Part shown: piece after piece, positions 9,768-18,763 of the stretch | Numbering within the stretch: position 1 is the first letter of the stretch | How the letters are laid out: every line of letters begins with the position of its first letter | Source of the DNA: a bacterium | GTDB taxonomy: Bacteria; UBA8248 | Length of the DNA stretch: 64,000 nucleotides | Reading direction: 5' to 3' | NCBI GenBank assembly: GCA_965213625.1 | Contig: CBDBZU010000004.1 | Span: forward strand, 58,126-122,125 | The notes under the pieces: generated by a model | Databases searched by the model: none | Told to the model about the DNA's origin: nothing | Seen by the model: only the letters and a program-made list of their open reading frames with translations | Program-made: the position numbers and the translations under genes

Positions 9768-10286
9768 ATGCAGTCCTTTGCACGAAACGAGCCAGTGAAA
9801 AAACGGGGCGTTCGATCCTCTTCCCCGGTAGTCCCGACGACAGGAACGCCGGGAACGACCGCCAGATGTCCAGTATACACTATCAATATGGGGTTGGTGT
9901 GAAGATTCGGGATGATGACTATGATAACATAATCATCGTGGAGAGATATGCCAAATTTTCAAGTGGCACACGAACCTTCAGCGGCAAGGAATTCAGGTCG
10001 ACCTCTCTGTCGCTCGAGGCTCTGCAAGCTCGCTTACGATCTTTCAGGCGACGTTCCTCGTACAAGTCACATCCGAAACCCGAATAGAAAGAGAATCTGC
10101 CTGCATACACGAAATGTTCGAGAGGAGGAAACGCTGCCCTGAATGGCCAAAACCCGCGCCTCCCCTCAAATAAGCCTCATTTTCACGGTACCGGGCCCCT
10201 GCAGCCGGGCACCGCCCTTGGACCCGATAACGTTCGTTCGATCATTAGGGGCGATCTTTCATTCTGCATCAAAGACTGAAGAAGTG

Positions 10287-11207
10287 ATGCGAAAGGAAAT
10301 GGAATTCACCGACTTCAAGCGCCACTACTTGGGCGAGTTTCCGAACAAAGATGCGCCGGCGCAGGACGTTTTACGTTATGGACGCGTAAAGCTGGAATCA
10401 GGAGCCACCCAGGCCCATGGCCACACGCAAGGGGCTTGGAGTTTTTCGTTCACGCCGAGCGGTGATAGGATTGAAAGATTCACACCGCCCTTGGTGAGTA
10501 AACGCCTCATGAACAAATGGTTGCGTCGTCCGGGAGCTCCGCACACGATTCCCTTGAATCCCGAGGAAATGAATGAAGTCTGCTCTGTCCTGGCGGGAGA
10601 GTTCGACGAACCCGATGAGGTTTTCATGAATTTCATGGTGCGCCTCCCCGGCTGGGCGAGACTCGAGTTCGAAAACGTCGACAGATTGTTCGGGGAATTG
10701 ACGAGGGGCCATGCGCCCCTGCTTGACTTCGTTAAAATGTGCCGGGTGCGGGTATATGACGATCGGCGAACCTTGGAGATTGCCTATCGCCGCCTTTGGC
10801 TGCTCGACAGCGTTCGAATACGTGCGGACGCTGAAGAGGAGGAGTGGCGTTTTCGTGCGATTGAGGCGGCGTCCCGGGTTCTCGAGAGCCGCGGGGAGCG
10901 TGTCCAGGCTTGCCGTTTCATAGTCTTGCTCCAGGGGTTCCTGTGGCTGGCGTTTCAGGCGTTTTCGGGTGCATCGCTAGTGTATCTGTGGAACATCGGG
11001 CGGACGGATACGAATCTCCTATGGGCGGGCGCCGCGGCCTTCTCGCTGTCTGCTGCCACGTTCGCGCCCGGCCTTTTGAAGCGGATGTTTCCCCAGGATA
11101 CGGAAGTAGAGGCGAGAAGCCCACTGCGCCTGTTTCTGGGTGTGGTTTCTATGCTTTCGAGTATCGTTGCGGCTGTAGCGGTGATACTCGGCCTCGCCGG
11201 CATATGA
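10287..11207 (+). CDS. Hypothetical protein with C-terminal transmembrane helices
   Basis: Long ORF; start chosen at MRKEMEF. The C-terminal ~100 aa contain three hydrophobic segments. I recognise no family. Confidence 0.35.
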   Translation: MRKEMEFTDFKRHYLGEFPNKDAPAQDVLRYGRVKLESGATQAHGHTQGAWSFSFTPSGDRIERFTPPLVSKRLMNKWLRRPGAPHTIPLNPEEMNEVCSVLAGEFDEPDEVFMNFMVRLPGWARLEFENVDRLFGELTRGHAPLLDFVKMCRVRVYDDRRTLEIAYRRLWLLDSVRIRADAEEEEWRFRAIEAASRVLESRGERVQACRFIVLLQGFLWLAFQAFSGASLVYLWNIGRTDTNLLWAGAAAFSLSAATFAPGLLKRMFPQDTEVEARSPLRLFLGVVSMLSSIVAAVAVILGLAGI

Positions 11208-11234
11208 GCGCATGGCGTCGTTTATTCGGTAAAC

Positions 11235-12032
11235 TTGAAAATGACCACCGGGACGAGGGGAGCTAGAAACGCCCAAAGGAAGTTCGGTGACCTCCCAGTA
11301 CCTTTGGGTCTGTCTCTGCTCGGCAACCTTCACCAGATTCGTTTTGCGAGGATGCACTGCATACTCGAGAGATGGGCGGATCGATACGGGCCGATCTATT
11401 GCATATCGCTGGGCAGGCGAAATTACGCGGTGGTCTCGGAACCGGACGCCATAGCCCATATACTGGGGAAGCGGCCCCACGGCTTCCGGCGCGAGAAGTC
11501 GAGCACCTGAGACGGTGCTGGGAACGCGCGGCCGATCATGGAGAGGCGATAGACCCCTACCGTGACCTCATGCGCTTCACCGCCCGTGTCACTATGCAAT
11601 TCGTCTTCAGCGTCGACCTCGGCGCGCCCGAAAGTCCCGGCGCATCCATCCGTCACCATCTCGCCGCCATATTCCCGGTGTTGCACCGCCGTCTGAATCT
11701 GCCCTTACCCTTTTGGAGGTGCTTCCGGCTGCCTTCGGATCGAGCGCTCGAACGCGCTCTTGCCGGACTGAAAGCCGAGGTTCGCGACATGATCCGCACT
11801 GCTAAGGAACGAATGGAAGAAAACCCGCGGCGCAGCGTTACGCCTGGGAATTTCATCGAAGCCTCAATCGCCGCCAGAGGATGTGCACGAGCGCCTCTCC
11901 TTCACCATGGCACCCGAGAAACTTATCGTACGCATAAGGCGCAGACAAGGCGCTTCATCCGGTTCGAATTCATCCCTAATCCCTCGCCGTGCCCAGGGCT
12001 ACCACGCGGACGGTCGCGATGCCCGGAGGTGA
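11235..12032 (+). pseudogene. Cytochrome P450 remnant (three fragments in three frames, core deleted)
   Basis: Fragment 1 is the P450 N-terminus (LPVPLGLSLLGNLHQI...WADRYGPIYCISLGRRNYAVVSEPDAI). Fragment 2, frame-shifted, is the middle part (GEAIDPYRDLMRFTARVTMQFVFSVDL...LKAEVRDMIRTAKERMEENP). Fragment 3 from 11877 is the C-terminal tail (EDVHERLSFTMAPEKLIVRIRRR). The I-helix, ExxR and heme loop are absent. Confidence 0.65.
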
Positions 12033-12172
12033 AGATTATCTTCACGCTTTTTCAACAGCCCCGTCAGTGCCTGCCAACAAACGCCGGCACATTCCATACT
12101 TATCCGATAGCACCGGGAAAAGAAGCGTTCGGGAGCTTCAGCTTCCCTCTTAGGAGAGCGTCGTTATCGTTT

Positions 12173-13110
12173 GTCGGGTAGGGCACTGGCGCGCGCACCT
12201 TTAGGCGGAGGGTTTCCAGCCCTGCCCTTTCGGTTCCAGGGTGGGGTCACAGTTCCGCCTTGAGCCACGTTTCCAGCCGCCCCCCCTAAAATTCCGTACG
12301 TCGAGTTTTCCTCGGTACGGCTTCCAGCAACAGGCACCTCCCAGTTTGGAGTGGAGTATTCCGCGGGAACACCGGGGTTTAAGACCGACCCTGCCATACC
12401 CCTCGGCGGGTCCAACGTTTACTCCGCCCTCAGGCTTCACCATGTGCAGAGCGCTTTCCCCCGCCTCTGTGTGCGGGCTGCCCGCCACGGTGTCGCCACC
12501 TGTGCCCAGAGGTCCTCGCTCCGGGTGGGTTGTGTTCTCCCACCCTTCATCGCTTGGCGACCTCGTCCGCCAGTCTGGAGGTCTCCGTCTCACTTCCCGG
12601 CGCCCCGGTTATAAAGACGGTCTTCGACATTCACAGGGTCATCCTGTCATGACCTCCACACCTTCCGGACTTTCACTGCGCTACTTTCGAGTATTGCCGC
12701 CTTCAATACGCCGGGAGCCCCGGTTCGTGCGCCTCAGTTTCTTCTGCACCGGCACTGGCCATCGGTTAGGAGGGAGACCCTTGGCAACTCCATCTACCCC
12801 GCAAATCAGCTTCACGCGGGAAGTCCTTGTTTCGACGCTTCATCCGTTCACTTTCGTTACGGTCCTACTCGTTGCTTGCCTGCCGGGCTGATCGCACACG
12901 AGCGGCACGGCGGCCCCTCTGTACCCCGAGGCTTTTACGTCCGGGCTTCCAGAGCGCCGGGTCGCCCCGTACGTCTGCTGGATATGACTACGGCGCCAAA
13001 CTGAGAATTGCGCCGGCGGGACTTTCACCCGCTAGTACCGCAGTTAGTCTCGCTGCACCCCTCCCGCAGGACTTTCACCAGCTGCACTGACACCAGTTAG
13101 CCTGGCGCAC
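12173..13110 (-). ncRNA. ORF-less group II intron-like RNA (element B)
   Basis: The minus strand starts GTGCGCCAGGCTAAC at 13110. A 34-nt domain V-like hairpin sits at 12323->12290 (AAGCCGUAC CGAG GAAAA CUCG AC GUACGG AAUU, with a 2-nt AC bulge). The element ends ...GCCCUACCCGAC at 12173, with a UA bulge 7 nt from the end. There is no credible ORF on either strand. Confidence 0.45.
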
Positions 13111-13123
13111 ACCCCATCGCTTG

Positions 13124-15399
13124 GTCGGGTAGGAGGGGGCATTGCTGCGCCCCTCCCCCCACAGACCCGAGCGTGCGCGATTGACACACTCGGTTCCTCA
13201 CCTGACAGGTTCGCTCAAGGGGTTGTCACCCTTGCTCCGCAGGTCGAGGCATTCCTCGCCTGTTTGGCTATCCACTGCTGTTTCGTGTACGTGTTGGTGG
13301 AACTCAGAGTTTCCTCCAGCGTTTCCCATCAGTGGCTCTGTACAGATGACGCCCCGCTTCCCTCCAGTGGGTCCCGGTGGCCACGGTTCCCCGCCTTCAG
13401 CGGTACTATCAGGGCGCTACGACTTCCTGCCCTTCTCTAATCGGGACGAGCAAGTCAAGTTCCTCTGCCCTGTTTTTTCCAGCTCTGTTCCGCCTTTGGT
13501 TTTAGACGATACTCCATGGGGGTCTCGCTTCTCTACGTGATCGGCACCCGGTCCGGGGCCGTCAACAGGATGGGATCGGAGAACGAGGTGGAACAATCTC
13601 GCATACGTCCTCGCACCGTCACCGACGGAGCGGAACGGGGCAGGAAGCGAACTCACCTCGTCCCTCGTCCCCACGGGAGCATCCTCCGCCAGATCGGAAG
13701 CTGCCGTAGTATTCGGATTCTTCTCCTCTTGGATTCCCAAGGTCAGGCGGCTACGTCATCCACGCCGTCGCGTTTCCAGCGGAACTCGCTGCCATCCATC
13801 CATATGCGGTGCATGATGACGCCGAGCCGGCGGGCAAGCGCAACCTTCGCGCGCGCCTTGCCGCGACGCTTCGCCACACCCATCGCCCAGGCTTTCAGCC
13901 ATGACCACCGCGTCGTGCGCCCGAGCAAGGCGTTGGCGGCTTCGTAGAGCGCCGCGCGCATCATCGCGTCGCCGCACTTGGAGATTCTTCCCGTTCGGTC
14001 GACCTCTCCGGATTGCCATTTGCGAGGCGCAAGCCCGAAGTGCGCGCCCACCGAGCGCGAACGAGCAAAACGCGATGGCACGTCGACGCTCGCCCGGAAG
14101 GTGAGCGCCGTCACCGGACCCACGCCGGGGACCGTCATCAGGCGACGGCAGACCGGGTCGACGCGCACCGCCTCCAGCATCATCCTGTGCAGCCGGACGT
14201 ATTCCGCCAGCAACGCCGCTCGCGCCCGCAGCATCGGCTTCACCAGGCCCGCCAGCGCCGGGCGCTCCGCGACCAGTCCAAGCACCCGCGCCTCCAGCCC
14301 GCGGCGGGTGACCTTGCCCATCTTCAGCCCGAAGTTGCGCAGCGTGCCCCGGATGTTGGCCTCGGCGTCGCACAACTGCTTCAGCATGAACCTGCGGTTG
14401 GCGAGGAGCATTCGTTTCTCCTGGCTCGACACCGTCTTCACGTGCACCGGGCGAATCAGGTTCGCGCGAACCAGCTGGGCGATCCCGCGCGCGTCGTCAC
14501 GGTCGCTCTTGTTCACCGTCGCAGATAGTATGGCCTTCAACTGCCGCGTCTCGGCGCAAACCACCGGGAGCCCGGCCTCGGCCAGGCCGTCATGGAGCCA
14601 CTGCGACAGCGGCCCCGCCTCAAGACAGATGCGCGTCACGCCGAAGTCCAGCCCGGTGAAGAACGCCGCGAGGGCCGCGGGTTCGCTCGCGACCTTCGCC
14701 TCCCGGACGATCCCGCCGTCCACGTCCACCACGCACACGCTCGTCCACTCCAACGACACGTCGAGTCCTGCAAAGTAGTTCATGACTGCTCCTCCTGCGG
14801 GCGCGTAGAGACCGGACCATCCCGGCCTCGCCTCGATCATATGACAGAGGAACATCCCCTACACGCGGTAGTTCGAGGGCCGACCCGATTATCCCATCTC
14901 GCATCTCCTTCGGCTTATTGTTTTCACCAGCCGGTTCCGCGGGCGCCTGCCGGGTTCGTGTCCGCCATGGGGCGCTCCCGCCGCCGTGCAAGCCCGGCGA
15001 CGGACCGGGGTCTGGATTTTCATGCTGGCCGTCCCCTTTCCAGCGTTCTTGCCCACGGGCAAGAGCAGGATCTCCCAGGTTCCCTGGCGACCCATCCCCG
15101 TAACTTTGCGCCGGTCCACGACCCCGGACGACCCGTTGCGCCTCGCCGATAGCGGCGCTTCCGGTGCTGCCCCCACACGATTAACAATGAAGGCGTCGTC
15201 GATTCACCGATTTCGAGGCTTACCCCACCGCTTCGTCACCTGCTGTCTACGCTTCACGACGCACGTTGCCGCACGCCATGCAAGACTCGCTTCCGGCTGG
15301 CTGGCTTCGCCTTTGCCGGGCGGGAGTCGAACCCGCTGGGTCGCTACGAGAGGTTTCAGGTCATGGCGTCCTCCTCTCCAGGGCTTAGCCTGGCGCAAT
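13124..15399 (-). mobile_element. Group II intron-like RNA (element A) containing an IS110-family recombinase gene
   Basis: Minus strand: a domain V-like 34-nt hairpin at 13196->13163 (GAACCGAGU GUGU CAAUC GCGC AC GCUCGG GUCU). It is followed directly by a domain VI-like hairpin with a bulged UA, ending ...CCUCCUACCCGAC at 13124. The candidate 5' end is TTGCGCCAGGCTAAG at 15399. The IS110 ORF occupies the position where an intron-encoded protein would sit. Confidence 0.35.
13743..14783 (-). CDS. IS110-family (DEDD/RuvC-like) transposase/recombinase
   Basis: MNYFAGLDVSLEW...CLEAGPLS...NKSDRDDARGIA (DEDD N-terminal domain) and PGVGPVTALTF...GLAPRKWQSGEVDRTGRISKCGD (Transposase_20-type C-terminal domain). 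Start chosen at ATG 14783, behind the SD AGGAGGAG; the ORF track extends to 14855. Confidence 0.9.
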   Translation of the reverse strand: MNYFAGLDVSLEWTSVCVVDVDGGIVREAKVASEPAALAAFFTGLDFGVTRICLEAGPLSQWLHDGLAEAGLPVVCAETRQLKAILSATVNKSDRDDARGIAQLVRANLIRPVHVKTVSSQEKRMLLANRRFMLKQLCDAEANIRGTLRNFGLKMGKVTRRGLEARVLGLVAERPALAGLVKPMLRARAALLAEYVRLHRMMLEAVRVDPVCRRLMTVPGVGPVTALTFRASVDVPSRFARSRSVGAHFGLAPRKWQSGEVDRTGRISKCGDAMMRAALYEAANALLGRTTRWSWLKAWAMGVAKRRGKARAKVALARRLGVIMHRIWMDGSEFRWKRDGVDDVAA

Positions 15400-15402
15400 A
15401 AA

Positions 15403-15423
15403 CGTTCGGCGACAGGGTGATGG
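15403..15423. repeat. Left terminal inverted repeat of the IS66-type element
   Basis: Perfect 21/21 reverse-complement match with 18743-18763. Confidence 0.85.
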
Positions 15424-15509
15424 CGCCGGGTTTACTCATTCCGGACTTAAGCAAAAGGTTCTTGTTGAGGGGCTGGTAACATCATCCGGCATGTGGTAAT
15501 CATGTCGGC

Positions 15510-17857
15510 ATGAAGATTTGCACGGAAGGTGTCGAGACGAAGCCGGCGTTGGTCGAGAGGCCGAATGAGCCATGGCCTCATTCCCCTGATTTGTCCACAA
15601 CCGCAGAGGCGTACTGGCGTTCGCAGTACGAGCGCGAGCGTGCGCGCGCGGAGGCGGCGGAGGCGCGCTGCGAGGAGTTGCGGTGGGCGGAAGTGGATTC
15701 GCGCGCCCGTGCGGGTAGGCTGAAGCGGCAGTTCGACGTCTGCCGGAAGAAGCTCGAGGAGGCCGCCGGTGAGGCGAAGGAAGCCCGCCGCGCGGCGAAG
15801 GACGCGCTGTCGCTCAAGACGGAAGTGGAGCGGCTGGAGAAGCTGCTTGCGGAAGCAGGGGTCGAGCCGCGCAAGCGCAGCCCGCTCATGTCGCTGCGCA
15901 TGGAGGTCGTCCGGCTTCGCAAGGAGCTCTCGGGCGTGCCGTCGCCGGGGGAGGCGGGGCGGGTGCGCAAGGCCCTGGAGGAGCGCAGGGAGACGATTCA
16001 TGCCCTGCGCAAGGAGGTCGGCCGGCGGGAGAAGGAGGTCGCCCGGCTGGAGGAGCGACTGGACCGGGAGAAGCAGAAGTCGGCGGCTCACAAAGAGACC
16101 ATCCGGGGCCTGGACGAGGAGGCCATCGGGCTCTACAGGAAGTTGCGGCGATTGCGCGACCAGGCGGAGGTGGTCGAGTCGTTGTCCGCGGAGGTTTACC
16201 GTCTTAAAGTCTCCCTGGGAGCCGCAGGCATCGCGACCGAACGACTGAAGGCGCGGTTGTTGCGCGCAATGGAGGCGGCGCGCTCGAGGTCGCCGTCCCG
16301 TGCGGACGAGGAACTGCGCAAGGCCCTGGGGAGGTCGCGGCGCCAGAAGACGGCGCTCGGGTCCCTGTCCAGGGAGAATGCGCGGCTTCGCCGGGCGCTA
16401 CGCAAGTCAGAGACCCGCCGGGCGCGTCTGGAAGCCGAGCTCGCGAAGCTTCGCGCCACGGGAGTGGTGCTGGCGAAGAGGCTGTTCGGGCGCAAGAGCG
16501 AGCGGCAGGAGAAGCCGCGCTCGGAGCGCAGGCGCGGCGGGCAGCCCGGCGCCCGGGGCCATGGCCGCACCCCTCGTCCCGCGCTCGAGGAGAGGACGGA
16601 AGTTCGCAACCCGCCGCCCGCGTCTGCGCCTGTTGCGGGCAGCCCTACGTGGCCAACGGCGCGCGTGTATCGAGCCTCGTCGAGATCGAGGTCTCGGCCC
16701 ACAAGCGCGTCATCCGCCGTCCGCGGTGGCGCCGGGGGTGCGGTTGCGCGTCGTCTCCCATGGAGGTGTCGGCGCCGCCCGCGCCGCGCCTGTTCGCGGG
16801 CACGTCCTTCGGGACGAGCGTATGGGCGCGCTTCCTGTTCGAGCGCTACGCCTGCTTCCGCCCGCTGCGCCGGGTTGCCGCGTGGCTCTCCGACCAGGGG
16901 CTTACCGTCTCGGCGGGGACGCTGGGTGACAGCGCGCACCGCTTCACGCCCCTGTTCGAGCCGCTGGCCGGGGCGATCCTCGCCCGCCAGAACGAGTCTA
17001 CGCTGCGCCACGGGGACGAGACGACCTGGCGGATACAGTCGCTTCGCGAGCAGGGGCGATCGAGCCGCGCCTGGCTGTGGACATCGGTAAGCACGGACTC
17101 CGTCTACTTCCACGTCGACCCCTCGCGGGGCGCCGGGGTCGCGATGAAGCTGTTCGGCGCGGCCGGCCGCCATACGGTCCTCGTCTGCGACCGCTACAGC
17201 GCCTACAAGAAGCTGGCGCGCGAACTCGACGGCGCCGTAATCCTATCCTTCTGTTGGAGCCACCAAAGAAGAACCTTTATCGACAGCGCGGCCGGCGAGG
17301 CGCGCCTGACGCCGTGGTGCGAGAGATGGATCGGGCGGATCGCCTTGCTCTACCGCCTGAACGAGGCGCGCCTGGCCCGTTACGACTCAGGTCTCGAACA
17401 CCAGGACGCGGCGTTCGACGCGGCGCACGACGAATTGAAGAAGGCGCTCGAGGGCCTGTTCGCGCAGGCCCGACGCGAACTGGCCGCCCTGTCGGCGCAG
17501 GCGCCCGAGGGCAAGGCGCTTCGCTCGCTGCTGAACCACCGCGAGGGGCTGAGCGTCTTCCTCGAGCGCCCCTGGGTGCCGACAGATAATAACGCCATTG
17601 AGAGAGTGCTCAGGGGTCCCGTGATCGGGAGGCGGCTCTCGTTCGGCTCCGACAGCGAGGCCGGCACCGGGTTCACGGCGATGATGTACTCCGTCCTCGG
17701 AACGCTCTCATCGAACGGCATCGACCCGCTCCGCTGGCTCGATGCATGGCTCACCGCCTGCGCGCAGAACGGCGGCCGGGCGCCCGGGGACCTCTCCGCA
17801 TGGCTGCCCTGGTCGATGAATGCGGAGCGCAGGCGCGCCCTCACGGCGCCGGGATGA
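15510..17857 (+). pseudogene. IS66-family transposase (TnpC-type) split by a -1 frameshift near 16612-16622
   Basis: Frame 1 holds a long coiled-coil N-terminus, then LFGRKSERQEKP...GARGHGRTPRPALEERTEV. Frame 2 continues with the zinc-finger CACCGQPYVANGARVSSLVEIEVSAHKRVIRRPRW, DETTWRIQ, VLVCDRYSAYKKL, FCWSHQRRTF and TDNNAIERVLRGPVIGRRLSFGS, which are typical IS66 TnpC blocks. Confidence 0.8.
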
Positions 17858-18734
17858 CGCCGTGATCGAGTGCCGCTACTACGGACGCGACTTCACGACT
17901 GATGAGATGACGCTGCTGCGCGCGCTGATCACCGGCCCTCCCGCGCTCAATCGCAACGTGCTCTCCAAGGAGTTCTGCCGGCGCATCGGCTGGTTCAAGC
18001 CCGACGGCGGACTCAAGGACATGATGGCCCGGGTGACCATGCTCGCCATGCACAGAGACGGCCTGATCACGCTTCCCCCGCCGAAGCGCCCGCGGCACCC
18101 GGCCCGGCCGATCGTCTTCGGGCCAGACACCGAAGCGCCTCTCATCCCGGCGCCCGAGACCCTCGACGAGGTCCGTCCCCTCGGGATGCGCATCGTCGTG
18201 CGTGGAACCCGCGAGGGAAGGCTCTGGAACGAGTTCGTCGCCCGCTACCACTACCTCGGCTACAAGACCCTCGTCGGCGCCCAGATGCGCTACGCCGTAC
18301 ACGACCGCGACGGCAGGCCCCTCGCCATGCTCGGCTTCTCCACCGCCGCGTGGAAGCTCGCCCCGCGCGATGCCTTCATCGGCTGGACGCCCAGGCTGCG
18401 CGAGAAGAACCTTCCCCTCGTGGTCGACAACCCGAGGTTCCTCATCCTGCCATAGATCAAAATCCCCAACCTCGGCTCGCATCTCCTCGCCATCCTTCGC
18501 AGGCGACTGCCCGACGACTGGACCGAGCGCTATGGCACGACCCCCGTCCTCATCGAGACCTTCGTCGAGACGCCACGCTACACCGGCGCCGTCTACAGGG
18601 CTTCAGGATGGATTCACGTCGGAACCACACAGGGACGCGGACGCTACGACAGGTACAAACGCCACGACAAACCCAAAAAGGATGTCTGGCTACGTCCCCT
18701 CCGCAACAACTGGAAGAAAGTCCTCAACCGCTGA
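17820..18734 (+). pseudogene. DUF4338 (Druantia DruA-like) protein gene with an in-frame TAG at 18453-18455
   Basis: ARYHYLGYKTLVGAQMRYAV...LGFSTAAWKLAPRDAFIGW...VVDNPRFLILP[TAG]IKIPNLGSHLLAILRRRLPDDWTERYGTTPVLIETFVETPRYTGAVYRASGWIHVGTTQGRGRYDR. The same frame continues for 93 codons after the stop. From memory, family members carry Trp at the stop position. Confidence 0.7.
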
Positions 18735-18742
18735 AACAACTC

Positions 18743-18763
18743 CCATCACCCTGTCGCCGAACG
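18743..18763. repeat. Right terminal inverted repeat of the IS66-type element
   Basis: Perfect 21/21 reverse-complement match with 15403-15423. Confidence 0.85.

Larger units (their letters stand above)
15403..18763 (+). mobile_element. IS66-family-type element with cargo, bounded by perfect 21-bp terminal inverted repeats
   Basis: cgttcggcgacagggtgatgg at 15403-15423 is the exact reverse complement of 18743-18763. The interior holds only the IS66-type transposase and the DUF4338 gene, whose stop (18734) lies 8 nt before the right repeat. Confidence 0.7.

Noticed and set aside
13018-13082. Cobalamin-riboswitch-like GGTGAAAGTCC motifs (two copies, minus strand)
   Set aside because: There is no B12 box and no downstream gene to regulate. 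The motifs sit inside the putative domain I of intron-like element B.
12164-13740. ORFs of 60-216 aa on both strands (e.g. 12241..12891+, 13142..13540+, 12201..12593-, 13417..13740-)
   Set aside because: The translations are Pro/Arg/Ser/Gly-rich low-complexity sequences with no recognisable motifs. They overlap each other in several frames, as expected for GC-rich non-coding structured sequence.
12000-13740. rRNA fragment hypothesis for the ORF-free structured region
   Set aside because: None of the universally conserved 16S/23S blocks I checked by eye is present on either strand. Examples are the complements of the 338, 519, 907, 1392 and 1492 regions and the 23S 5' end.
15315-15340. tRNA or tmRNA-like T-arm on the minus strand (GCGGGTTCGACTCCCGC)
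   Set aside because: The flanking sequence cannot form a 7-bp acceptor stem or a credible anticodon arm, and there is no CCA context. It lies inside the structured intron-like region and is more likely one of its hairpins.
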